From Thermococcus kodakarensis KOD1 (GTDB lineage: Archaea; Methanobacteriota_B; Thermococci; Thermococcales; Thermococcaceae), in the NCBI RefSeq assembly GCF_000009965.1, contig NC_006624.1, forward strand, positions 150,001 through 182,000: a stretch of DNA of 32,000 bases. Direction: 5' to 3'. The translations under genes were made by a program, and so were the position numbers. Numbering within the stretch: position 1 is the stretch's first letter; every line of letters starts with the position of its first letter. The notes beneath the pieces were generated by a model. That model was not told the origin of the DNA. It did no database searches and saw only the letters and a program-made list of their open reading frames with translations. Shown here piece by piece: positions 10,534-24,605 of this stretch.

Positions 10534-10748
10534 AGCCGCTCCTCCCTGAGCTTCTGGAGGTACTCTTCGGGGCTTTCTTTGAAGTTCTCAGGAGATATTA
10601 TTTTTCTAAATTTTTCCGTTTTCTCAACTATGTCCTTCCTGTAGAGCTTTATTACTAGATGCTCCCCTTCCTTCAGCTTCAGCGGCTTAAGCGGCTTCAG
10701 CACACCGTTCTCGTAAACCGCTTCAACGACCTCGACGTTCTCTCCCAT
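10530..10748 (-). CDS. DUF104/AF2212-type antitoxin
   Basis: 72 aa. VEAVYENGVLKPLKPLKLKEGE is the signature of the small antitoxin family usually paired with archaeal PIN toxins. GGTGGGAGA SD. Confidence 0.7.
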   Translation of the reverse strand: MGENVEVVEAVYENGVLKPLKPLKLKEGEHLVIKLYRKDIVEKTEKFRKIISPENFKESPEEYLQKLREERL

Positions 10749-10790
10749 TCTCCCACCGCTCTAGCTTAGTCGTCAAAGTAAATAAGGGTT

Positions 10791-11714
10791 TCACTCGAAC
10801 TCTATCGTCGCCGGAGGCTTGTTCGTGATGTCGTAGAGCACCCTTCCAACCTCTGGAATCTCGCTCGTTATCCTGAAGGCTATCCTCTGGAGTACCTCCC
10901 AGGGGACGTTCATCGCGTTGGCAGTCATTCCATCGAGGCTCTCAACAACGCGAACCGCTACCGTCTCCTTGTAGGCCCTTATGTCGCCCTGAACGCCGAC
11001 GGTTTTAACCCCGAGCAGAACTGCGAAAGCCTGCCATGGCTTAAGCCCGGCCTTCTCAATTTCCTCTTCAACTATAGCGTTTGCTTCTCTCACGATTGCG
11101 ACCCTCTCAGGTGTAACCTCTCCGAGAACCCTAACGGCCAGCCCCGGCCCCGGGAAGGGCATGCGGTTGTATATCTTCTCAGGAAGACCGAGCTCCTTCG
11201 CCAGCTCCCTGACCTCGTCCTTGTAGAGGTCCCTCAAGGGTTCGATCAGCTTGAGGTTGAGCCTCTCAGGCAGTCCCCCAACGTTGTGGTGGCTCTTTAT
11301 CTTGCCATGGCTCTCTATCCAGTCAGGGGCTATCGTCCCCTGGATCAGGAAGTCGGCGTTTATCTCCTTCGCAACTTCCTCAAAGACCTCGATGAATACT
11401 CTTCCGATTATCTTCCTCTTCTCCTCCGGGTCGGTCACGCCCTTAAGCTCCCTGAAGAATCGCTCGCTCGCGTCAACGTAGTGGAGGTTCAGTCCAAACT
11501 CGTCCCGGAAGGTCTTGACTACGAACTCGGGTTCGCCCTTGCGCATGAAGCCCGTGTTCACGAAGACAGCGTGCAGTCTGTCGCCTATAGCCCTGTGCGC
11601 CAGAACTGCGGCGGTTGAGCTGTCAACACCACCAGAGAGGGCTATGATGGCCTTTCCATCACCGACAGTCTCTCTTATCTCCTTAACCTTCTCCTCGATG
11701 AAGTTCTCCCACAT
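10791..11714 (-). CDS. guaA: GMP synthase subunit B (ATP pyrophosphatase)
   Basis: PP-loop motif ALSGGVDSS and the C-terminal dimerisation domain ...[11 protein letters not shown] 11714 with the GGTGGTGCTC SD is preferred over GTG 11723. Confidence 0.95.
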   Translation of the reverse strand: MWENFIEEKVKEIRETVGDGKAIIALSGGVDSSTAAVLAHRAIGDRLHAVFVNTGFMRKGEPEFVVKTFRDEFGLNLHYVDASERFFRELKGVTDPEEKRKIIGRVFIEVFEEVAKEINADFLIQGTIAPDWIESHGKIKSHHNVGGLPERLNLKLIEPLRDLYKDEVRELAKELGLPEKIYNRMPFPGPGLAVRVLGEVTPERVAIVREANAIVEEEIEKAGLKPWQAFAVLLGVKTVGVQGDIRAYKETVAVRVVESLDGMTANAMNVPWEVLQRIAFRITSEIPEVGRVLYDITNKPPATIEFE

Positions 11715-11723
11715 GAGCACCAC

Positions 11724-11789
11724 CTTTCAACATTATCTTGCTAATTTTAGCTTAAAAATTTGTTGTTTTTGAGTTAAAAATGTTGAAAG
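11724..11789. promoter_or_regulatory. perfect 11-bp inverted repeat flanking the guaA-B promoter region
   Basis: CTTTCAACATT (11724-11734) and AATGTTGAAAG (11779-11789) are separated by a 44-nt A/T-rich spacer. On the minus strand that spacer contains the BRE/TATA-like AACAAATTTTTAAGC. Confidence 0.45.
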
Positions 11790-11798
11790 TGGGAGCCC

Positions 11799-13274
<1,476 letters not shown>

Positions 13275-13365
13275 TCACCCTTTTTGACTTGAGAATGATG
13301 AGGGCTTTTAAGGCTTGCGGAAAAAGGGTTAAATATCAGGACAAAGTACTTTACCCGGTGGTACC

Positions 13366-17535
<4,170 letters not shown>

Positions 17536-17563
17536 CGTGACACCTCCTTTATTATCAGAAAAA

Positions 17564-17614
17564 TGTAAAAATTTTGAGTTTTTAAGGTTTATTTTGACGA
17601 AAAAATGTCAATAC
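17564..17614 (-). promoter_or_regulatory. purL promoter with shared pur element
   Basis: The minus strand reads ATTGACATT-N17-CTTAAAAA-ctcaaaa-TTTTTACA, lying 28 nt upstream of the purL ATG. The same block occurs upstream of purD, purC and purT. Confidence 0.5.
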
Positions 17615-17624
17615 ACGTTTGCTT

Positions 17625-18146
17625 CTAAACTCTTAAATCACGTTTAAAATAGGCTACAAGCCAGAATGCAGAGACCGCTATGGCCAATTCCATGATGCCT
17701 GCCGTGAGGAGCACGAAACTGACCCCCATTTTGTCTGCGAGCACTCCTCCCCCTGCCATTGAAACAAGGGAGAATGCCGAAGTCAGAAAGTACTCAAAGG
17801 ACAAGACCCTCCCTAAAAGATCAGAGGGAACCGTCTTTTGGAACAGCGTCTGTAGGGAAATGTTGAGAACGCTGTTAGCGGCGCCGTTAAAGACTCCTAT
17901 CGCTGCCGCCAGGGACAGATAACCCACCTGGCTCCACATTATTGGGGCGAGTGCCGTCATAAAGAGGCCAGCGATGAACGTCGTCTCATCAGAGAACCTG
18001 TCCCCAAGGAGGCTCATCAGAAAACTTCCTATGAAGAATCCCGCACCGAGGGCCGTGAGCAGGACGCCGTAGCCGACCTCGGCCGAAGCTGACAAGCCCG
18101 CCGAGTAGGGAACCAAAAGCACGTTTATTATTCCCCCGCCTATCAT
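17625..18146 (-). CDS. MFS transporter, C-terminal half (split gene)
   Basis: 173 aa and about 6 TM segments. Its ATG overlaps the stop of the N-terminal-half ORF (TTATGATAG). The two ORFs together make one ~410-aa MFS protein. Confidence 0.7.
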   Translation of the reverse strand: MIGGGIINVLLVPYSAGLSASAEVGYGVLLTALGAGFFIGSFLMSLLGDRFSDETTFIAGLFMTALAPIMWSQVGYLSLAAAIGVFNGAANSVLNISLQTLFQKTVPSDLLGRVLSFEYFLTSAFSLVSMAGGGVLADKMGVSFVLLTAGIMELAIAVSAFWLVAYFKRDLRV

Positions 18147-18856
18147 AAGCCCCCGGAGATTAAAAGAAGAGTTAGCACAGGCCTGGACGTTTTAACGAAT
18201 GCCAGGCCTAATTTAACCTCCTCCAGAAAGCTGTCCTCCATGTCGGAGGACGGCTCTTCAACCACATCAAGCTTCTTTAGGAGTATCACCGAGATCCCAA
18301 AGATTATGGCCGCTAAGAGGGGCGTGCGTTCCCTACCAATCGCAAGGATCATGAGGGAAGCGAGCGTGGGGCCCAGAGTATCTATCAGGTCATCGGCTAA
18401 TGTCAACAGCGAATTGGCTGTTTTAAGCTGGTCAGTTTTGACTATTGAGGGGATTATTGCGGAGCGGGCAGTTCCAAAAAACAGCGAACAGGCATCGAGC
18501 AGGAAGGTGACAAAGTACAGATACAGGAGAAGATAGATGCTGATGGAGGAGTTAAAAACCGCGGCGAGAGACAGCACGAAAACCGCTTTGAGAAGGGTTG
18601 AGGTTACCATAACCTTTTTTCTGCCGTGTCTGTCCACGATCACTCCAACTACTGGCGAGAGTAGTAAAAGCGCCAGTGTTTTTGCAATGAACACCCCCGA
18701 AGTGTCCGCTGTGGAAGACTGGTTGTAAATGTAGAAGACTACGCCGATGAAGAAGAGGTATTCGGCGATTCTTGAGATTAGCTGGTTGATAAGCAGATAG
18801 GGGAAGTTCTTCCGCGTAAGGAGGTCTTTTTTGGAGTTTAGGCTTGGAACTTCCAT
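18143..18856 (-). CDS. MFS transporter, N-terminal half (split gene)
   Basis: About 6 TM segments and the MFS loop motif VDRHGRKKVM. ATG 18856 after GGTGCTGATT is preferred over TTG 18877. The frame ends at 18143 next to a C5 run (18150-18154). Confidence 0.7.
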   Translation of the reverse strand: MEVPSLNSKKDLLTRKNFPYLLINQLISRIAEYLFFIGVVFYIYNQSSTADTSGVFIAKTLALLLLSPVVGVIVDRHGRKKVMVTSTLLKAVFVLSLAAVFNSSISIYLLLYLYFVTFLLDACSLFFGTARSAIIPSIVKTDQLKTANSLLTLADDLIDTLGPTLASLMILAIGRERTPLLAAIIFGISVILLKKLDVVEEPSSDMEDSFLEEVKLGLAFVKTSRPVLTLLLISGGL

Positions 18857-18884
18857 AATCAGCACCACACGCTCCAACCCTGCC

Positions 18885-20381
18885 TTAGACTCCGAACAGC
18901 AACCTTGGAATGTCCCTAACCCTCTCGTCCGTGTAGTTTATGAATGCCTTGAGGAGCCGGTAGATTTCGAAGAGCCTCTCCTCCTCATTGGTTCTTGGCT
19001 TTTCTCCCCTATCCGCGCGCGAAAAGATGTCTATAACATCGAAGCGCTTAGCTAAAAGCCTCGGCGTTTCCTCCTCCATAAGCCAGTTTATGAAGTAGTA
19101 GACGTTGAAGGCCTTTTCTCTGTCCATTAGATAATGCTCTCTAACGAGTGAAAAAGCCCCCACAATGACGTTCTCCAGTTCCTCCGACGAGAGTTTTTCC
19201 AGGGCCTTCAGGTACTCCTCTTTTAGCTCCCTCACGGTTTCATCCTCGCGGTAGCTTGATTTCCAGAGTTCAACACCCTTTAGCACCCTCTTTGGGTTCC
19301 TGACGTAAACAGCACCTTTATTTCCGTCGACGATTACCTCATCGCCGTCCCTTATCGCTTCAACGTCAACCCCGACCACGCAGGGAATTCCGAGCTCCCT
19401 CGCTATTATCGCCGGGTGGGAGAGAATGCTATCCACCTTCGTCACTATTCCTGCGGCCTTCGCGAAGAGGTTGTAGTGCTCGGCGTGGAGAACGTAGGTA
19501 ACGAGAACCTCGCCTTCCCCAAAAATCATCTCGGCCTCTTCTGGGGGCTGGTCGTCCAGCACAAACCGCGCCCTACCTCTCGCCACTCCAGGGCTCGCCG
19601 GGATGCCCTTTAGAGCGTACCAGTTCTCGGTTTTTATATCTCCTGCTTCTCTGTTTTGCCCGAGCACCGTTATGTCCCTCGACTGGAGTATCCAGAGCGT
19701 CCCGTCGTAGGCCCACTCTATATCCTGCGGCCTTCCGAAGAGGGACTCAACTTCAAGACCCACGGTGAGAAGCTCCCTCATAAGCTCGTCATTAACCTCT
19801 TCCGGGTTTCTTGGAAGCAAAACCCGCTCAGCGCTTTTTCTACCACCCACAAGCTCCTCGCCGCTTCCTCTTACGAACTCGACTAAAGCTTTTTCCGGTT
19901 CTGTGGACGAGCGTGTAAAGAGCACACCAGCGAACTCGGGTGTTATCTCCCTCTGGACTATCGCCGCCATCCTCGACTGTCCACTTAGGCCCATCCGCTC
20001 CATGTAAGTCCTAACTCTCTTCGAACTGGCGCTCTTAAAGACCCTCTCTATTCCTTCGATTAAGTCGTTGAAGGAGTTTATCCCCGTAACGCTCTCGAAA
20101 ACCCCTGCAAAGCTTGCCTTGGAGCTATCCTCGACTGTCGCGGAACTGCGCACGACTACTGGAAACTCTCCTTCGAGGAGGTAGGGAGAGGTGAAGTAGT
20201 CCTTCACTTCTTCCACGACTTCTTGGGGGAGCTTTCCTTCCTCTTTCCAGAGGTCGTAAGCCCTCGTGGTCACCACGAAGCCAGTGGGGACGTTGAAGTA
20301 CCTTGCGAGGATCGAAAGACGGTGGGCCTTGTTCCCAATTTCATTCACGCTGCCCCCAGCGGAAAGCGAGCGGACGAACAT
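18885..20381 (-). CDS. PEP-utilising-enzyme family phosphotransferase (PPDK_N ATP-grasp + swivel phospho-His domain + unknown helical C-terminal domain)
   Basis: The N-terminus reads IGNKAHRLSILARYFNVPTGFVVT...DIEWAY (PEP/pyruvate-binding ATP-grasp type). The mobile domain reads SILSHPAIIARELGIPCVVGV with the His retained. The last ~150 aa are helical, with no motif I recognise and no TIM-barrel PEP domain. Confidence 0.75.
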   Translation of the reverse strand: MFVRSLSAGGSVNEIGNKAHRLSILARYFNVPTGFVVTTRAYDLWKEEGKLPQEVVEEVKDYFTSPYLLEGEFPVVVRSSATVEDSSKASFAGVFESVTGINSFNDLIEGIERVFKSASSKRVRTYMERMGLSGQSRMAAIVQREITPEFAGVLFTRSSTEPEKALVEFVRGSGEELVGGRKSAERVLLPRNPEEVNDELMRELLTVGLEVESLFGRPQDIEWAYDGTLWILQSRDITVLGQNREAGDIKTENWYALKGIPASPGVARGRARFVLDDQPPEEAEMIFGEGEVLVTYVLHAEHYNLFAKAAGIVTKVDSILSHPAIIARELGIPCVVGVDVEAIRDGDEVIVDGNKGAVYVRNPKRVLKGVELWKSSYREDETVRELKEEYLKALEKLSSEELENVIVGAFSLVREHYLMDREKAFNVYYFINWLMEEETPRLLAKRFDVIDIFSRADRGEKPRTNEEERLFEIYRLLKAFINYTDERVRDIPRLLFGV

Positions 20382-20460
20382 TTATAATCCCCTTTAGTGA
20401 AGGGAACACTACACTAAAAAGGTTTTTGGCAAAGAGTGCAAAGAAGGAGAATTTGAGAAG

Positions 20461-21132
20461 TTACTTCCTCGCCCACTCCACCATGCTCCTGAACAGCTTC
20501 AGCCCGTCCTCACTGCCCAAAAAGCGGTCGCTCGCCCTCTCTGGGTGAGGCATCGTTCCGAGGACGTTGCCATTCTCGTTTGCTATCGCCGCTATGTTGA
20601 GGAGCGAGCCGTTCGGGTTCGCTTCCTCCGTGATGTTGCCTTCCTCGTCGCTGTACTGGAAGGCGATTCTGACCTTTGAGGGGTCGTCAGCGTAGTAGTT
20701 GCCCTCGGCGTGGGCTATCGGCATCCTGATGACCTCTCCGGGTTCGTAGAACTGGGTAAATGGGGTTTCGGTATCGGCGACCCTGAGGTGCACCCACCTG
20801 CAGATGAACCTCGGAACTTTGTTCGGCCTCAACGCCCCGGGTAAAAGGCCGGCCTCAGTCAGAACCTGAAAGCCGTTACATATCCCGAGGACGGGCTTCC
20901 CATCTCGGGCGAACTCCTTCACTTCCTCAATTATCTCCTGACGAGCTGCTATAGCCCCTGCCCTTAGGTAGTCGGCGTAGCTGAAGCCCCCGGGAAGGAC
21001 GACGCCGTCAAAGTCCTTAAGCGAGGTCTTGTACCACACTCGCTCAGCTTCCGCCCCAGCCTTCCGTATAGCTCTCTCAGTCTCGAAGTCGCAGTTCGTT
21101 CCCGGAAAGACAACGACGGCAAACTTGACCAT
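20461..21132 (-). CDS. purQ: phosphoribosylformylglycinamidine synthase subunit PurQ (glutaminase)
   Basis: Nucleophile elbow GICNGFQ and triad MPHPER are both intact. Confidence 0.95.
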   Translation of the reverse strand: MVKFAVVVFPGTNCDFETERAIRKAGAEAERVWYKTSLKDFDGVVLPGGFSYADYLRAGAIAARQEIIEEVKEFARDGKPVLGICNGFQVLTEAGLLPGALRPNKVPRFICRWVHLRVADTETPFTQFYEPGEVIRMPIAHAEGNYYADDPSKVRIAFQYSDEEGNITEEANPNGSLLNIAAIANENGNVLGTMPHPERASDRFLGSEDGLKLFRSMVEWARK

Positions 21133-21133
21133 G

Positions 21134-21376
21134 TCAGCTCACCGGCTCTATGCTGTACTCCCACTCGTGGATGAGGGGATTGGCGAGTAGCTTCCTGCAC
21201 ATCTCCTCGACCTCTTCCTCCGGCCTTTCGCTCTCAAGCTCGAACTCGAAGTACTTGGGAACGCGCAGGTTCTCCACGCTGAACCCGAGGTTCTTCAGGG
21301 CGTTTCCTATGACCCTTCCCTCTGGGTCGTTGAGACCTTCCTTGAGCCTTACGATGACCTTAACCTTCCACTTCAT
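21134..21376 (-). CDS. purS: phosphoribosylformylglycinamidine synthase subunit PurS
   Basis: [32 protein letters not shown]. The start is ATG 21376 (SD GAGGTGAT) or ATG 21382. The longer ORF-track version would overlap purP-2. Confidence 0.85.
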   Translation of the reverse strand: MKWKVKVIVRLKEGLNDPEGRVIGNALKNLGFSVENLRVPKYFEFELESERPEEEVEEMCRKLLANPLIHEWEYSIEPVS

Positions 21377-21386
21377 CCTCATCACC

Positions 21387-22538
21387 TCACGTAACGACCT
21401 TCTCAAGCTCGTCCAGCTCAATTGCCCTCTTGATTTCGAGCGCAACCCTTCTTCCCGTGCTCATCTCCTTCCGCCAGAGGGCGTTGCCGTAGGGATGTCC
21501 CATCGCCATGTGGATGTTAGTTCCTCCCCCAGTTCTTGGTGCCACATCGTAGATGTAGAAGTTCAGATCCTTGTCCACAGCGGTCTGGAGCGTGAACGGC
21601 CCGATTATTCCGGGTGGATAGTATCTCTTTGTTGCCTCGACGTACTTCTCGGCCATGTCGAATACCTTCTCCAGAAGGGACTCACGGAGAGTTGAGGATG
21701 CATGACCTGTGACGGTATATTCGGGCTCGAACTGCCACTCTGGAAGTGTGAGCTGCTGGCTCGCTGGAAGCCTAACGTGGCCGTCAAGGCTCGTCTCGAA
21801 GCGCCAGTCTATTCCGAGGAGCTCTATCTCCTCATCGAGCGGCGAGTAGAAGAAGTCGAAGTTGAAGACCGGGCCGATTATGTAGCGCTCTATTCTAGCC
21901 TTGGCGAGATCTTCCTCTGTGATGACGCCAAGCTTCATTAAGCGCTCTGACTTCTCCCTGAACTCCCTGTAGGAAGCGGCCGTGAAGAAGCCCCTCTCAA
22001 GCCTCTTCTTTGCGTGGGGGAGCTTGACTATGACGAGGCCTACCTCGTCGATTTCTTCCGGCTTAACGGGTTCTGGGTAAGGCAGCCCTGCCTTCTCAAG
22101 GAGCCAGTAGTAACTCTTCTCCTCGCTCCTCTCCTCGCTTCTCAGAAGGTTTCTGCTCCCGAAGAGAGGCACAAGGAACTCGTTCTCAACCCTGTCAATG
22201 CCAGTGTAGACAACAAAGGAGCGGTTCGGAACGAAGATAACGTTCCTCTTCCTCAGCTCTTCCTGAACCTCGATTATCTGACCGAACTTCTCAAGAACGA
22301 TTACATCATCAATGAAGCCCTTAGTCAGGCCGTCTCTCGTCTTCTTCTCCTTAAAGTACTCCGCATAAGTCCTGTGCCGCCCCCTCTGGGCAACCACGAT
22401 TGTCTTAAAACCTTCGGCCTTGGCGCCATCGGCTATGTCAAGGGCCGAGTGGCTCCCGATGACGCCCACCTTTATCTTATCCTTCTCATACCCTTCAAGA
22501 ACCTCAAGAATTTGCTTCCGTTCGATCATTTCACTCAC
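21387..22538 (-). CDS. purP: PurP paralogue 2 (FAICAR synthetase family, divergent)
   Basis: 383 aa, clearly homologous to the 14402-15397 product but divergent (GSHSALDIADGAKAEGF, GPFTLQT, DVAPRTGGGTN). It overlaps the purD 3' end by 8 nt. Confidence 0.8.
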   Translation of the reverse strand: MSEMIERKQILEVLEGYEKDKIKVGVIGSHSALDIADGAKAEGFKTIVVAQRGRHRTYAEYFKEKKTRDGLTKGFIDDVIVLEKFGQIIEVQEELRKRNVIFVPNRSFVVYTGIDRVENEFLVPLFGSRNLLRSEERSEEKSYYWLLEKAGLPYPEPVKPEEIDEVGLVIVKLPHAKKRLERGFFTAASYREFREKSERLMKLGVITEEDLAKARIERYIIGPVFNFDFFYSPLDEEIELLGIDWRFETSLDGHVRLPASQQLTLPEWQFEPEYTVTGHASSTLRESLLEKVFDMAEKYVEATKRYYPPGIIGPFTLQTAVDKDLNFYIYDVAPRTGGGTNIHMAMGHPYGNALWRKEMSTGRRVALEIKRAIELDELEKVVT

Positions 22539-23838
22539 CCCTCATAGCCCTAACAAGCTCTATTCTCCTTGCTATGCTCTCCCTCGTCCCCACGTCCTTC
22601 CTGTAGAAAATTTCCCCCCTTACGTGCCTTATTCCAGCTGAGGCTATTCTCTCGGCCTCCTCCAGCGAGTCAGCAATTCCAACAACGGCCAAAGCCCTTG
22701 AGCCGAGCATCCTGAAGTTCTCGTCGAGGGAAGCGTAGTAGACTCTAGCCCCTTCCTCCCTAATTTTGGCCTCATCCACGTGAAGCTTTATTCCCCTTAC
22801 CGGGTTGGTTGGGTAGCCTTTTGGAGCGATGTACTTCACAACCGTTGCCTTCCGCTCAAATTCTGCTCCCTTCAGGTTGCCGTCCACTATTTCCTCGCCG
22901 ATCTCAACGAGAGAACGCTTCAGAATCGGCAGGACGTTCATTGCCTCTGGATCGCCGAAGCGGGCGTTGAACTCTATTATCTTCGGCTCGTCCTTGGCGA
23001 GCATGAACTGGCCGTAGAGGATGCCCTTGTAGGGGGTTCCGTTCTTCCTCATGGCTTCCACAGTGGCTTTGAGTGTCTCAAGAGCTTTCTCGTAGTCTTC
23101 TTTAGTTATAAACGGTAGTCGGTGGTCTTCGCAGGAGTAAGAACCCATACCCCCTGTTATCGGTCCTACGTCGCCCTCGTATGCGTGGGGGTAGTCCTGT
23201 GCGAGGGGCATTGGGACGACTCTCTTCCCGTCGGTGAAGACCTGGAAGGTAAACTCCACGCCGTCGGTGCGCTCCTCGATGAGGACTTTTCCGTCCCTCT
23301 TTATCAGCTCCTCGGCGTAGGCTTTAGCCTCCTCGTTGTCCTTCAGCTGGTAGCCGACGACCTTGACACCCTTTCCACCCGTGAGGCCAAGGGGCTTGAC
23401 GACAACTGGCCTTCCAAAGTCGTCGATCCAGGATTTCATCTCTGAAACGTCGTCGAAGACCTTGAAGAGCTTCCTTCCGGGAATCTTGTACTCTTCCATC
23501 AGCCACCTCGCGAAGGCCTTGTTGGTCTCGAGCATGGCCGCTTCCCTTGTGGGTCCTACCGTTGGAACCCCGTTCTCTTCCAGAACGTTGACGATGCCCT
23601 TCTCAAGGGGCGCCTCCGGACCGATGAAGGCCATATCTACTCCCCACTTGAGGGCAAAGTCGAGGACTCTCGGGACGTCGGTTTCCTTCGCGAGGGCGTA
23701 GTCCTTTGCGAGCCTCGCGATTCCGGGGTTTTTGTGGCCTGCCACAACGTAAAGCTCAGCATCTCTGGCAAGGACTTCAGCGATCGCGTTTTCTCTCCCA
23801 CCTGCACCCACGAGCAGAACGCGCATGAGTTTCACCAT
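22531..23838 (-). CDS. purD: phosphoribosylamine-glycine ligase
   Basis: ATP-grasp enzyme (VLLVGAGGRENAI, EFNARFGDPE). ATG 23838 lies about 25 nt from the TATA, suggesting a leaderless transcript. ATG 23826 is an alternative start. Confidence 0.95.
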   Translation of the reverse strand: MVKLMRVLLVGAGGRENAIAEVLARDAELYVVAGHKNPGIARLAKDYALAKETDVPRVLDFALKWGVDMAFIGPEAPLEKGIVNVLEENGVPTVGPTREAAMLETNKAFARWLMEEYKIPGRKLFKVFDDVSEMKSWIDDFGRPVVVKPLGLTGGKGVKVVGYQLKDNEEAKAYAEELIKRDGKVLIEERTDGVEFTFQVFTDGKRVVPMPLAQDYPHAYEGDVGPITGGMGSYSCEDHRLPFITKEDYEKALETLKATVEAMRKNGTPYKGILYGQFMLAKDEPKIIEFNARFGDPEAMNVLPILKRSLVEIGEEIVDGNLKGAEFERKATVVKYIAPKGYPTNPVRGIKLHVDEAKIREEGARVYYASLDENFRMLGSRALAVVGIADSLEEAERIASAGIRHVRGEIFYRKDVGTRESIARRIELVRAMRGE

Positions 23839-23843
23839 TTTTG

Positions 23844-23879
23844 TGTAAAAAATTGAGGTTTTTAAGCTTTATTTTTACA
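23844..23879. promoter_or_regulatory. purD promoter: palindromic TGTAAAAA...TTTTTACA around the TATA box
   Basis: TGTAAAAAATTGAGGTTTTTAAGCTTTATTTTTACA. In purD orientation this reads CTTAAAAA-cctcaat-TTTTTACA-caaaa-ATG. Confidence 0.5.
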
Positions 23880-23939
23880 TTTAATTGGCAAAAAACTGTT
23901 TAATAGAAGTTGCTCCTAACTACTGGAGAGGGGACACCT

Positions 23940-24605
23940 ATGGGGCTTTCAAGGTTGGTTGATTCTGTTCCTGAAAACGGAGTACTCACAGTTATTGCGA
24001 GGGGGCCCGATTCCAACGGGGACGTTATTGGGGTAAGGCTTCTCAAAGAGCTTATAAGGCGTGAAGAGCCTGTCTTTGTGGTTCTCTACGAGCCACTCCT
24101 CGTTTTCAGGTCTAACCTGGAAAGAGTAGGGATTTCTCTGGAAGATGTGCTTGGGGAGAAGTTTGTAGTTTTTGATGTCTTCGGGAGCTTTAAGGGGATA
24201 GATCGGAATCTCCCCCACGTTTATCAGCTGAGCGGGTACCTTGACGACGGTGTTTTTGTCACCAAGTACAGTGATTTTGTAAGAACTCTATCCGAGAAAA
24301 TATCGGCCAGCCGTATCTGGCTCTTTACGTATTTGAGTTCTGGGACCTGCAAGCTCTTCAAGAACCCCAGGAAGACCTACCAGTTGGTATGGAGTACAAA
24401 AACTGAAGTGACGAGTAAAATCCCAGACATTAGGGCCATACTGGTCTATGACAGTACAGACTGCCCCGAGATAGAGGACTTTATCTACACGTTCTCCGAT
24501 ATTGTGGTCGAGGTTACGAGAGAGATGTTTAAGAGAAAGGCATACGTAACGAAGGGACTTGAACCCGAGGTTTTCGATCCTTTTGAGGGTGATGAACATG
24601 ATTAA
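23940..24605 (+). CDS. RecA/KaiC-like superfamily protein lacking a Walker A P-loop (paralogue 1)
   Basis: 221 aa. Where KaiC/RadA-like proteins have GxPGxGKT it reads VIARGPDSNGDVIG. There is a Walker-B-like strand FVVFDVFGS. GGAGAGGGG SD before ATG 23940. It is homologous by eye to the next ORF. Confidence 0.6.
   Translation: MGLSRLVDSVPENGVLTVIARGPDSNGDVIGVRLLKELIRREEPVFVVLYEPLLVFRSNLERVGISLEDVLGEKFVVFDVFGSFKGIDRNLPHVYQLSGYLDDGVFVTKYSDFVRTLSEKISASRIWLFTYLSSGTCKLFKNPRKTYQLVWSTKTEVTSKIPDIRAILVYDSTDCPEIEDFIYTFSDIVVEVTREMFKRKAYVTKGLEPEVFDPFEGDEHD

Noticed and set aside
13295-13317. ATGATGA C-box-like word in the guaB/DUF835 intergenic region
   Set aside because: Twelve nt downstream the sequence reads CTTG rather than CTGA, and no C'/D pair follows. 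The region is better explained as divergent promoters.
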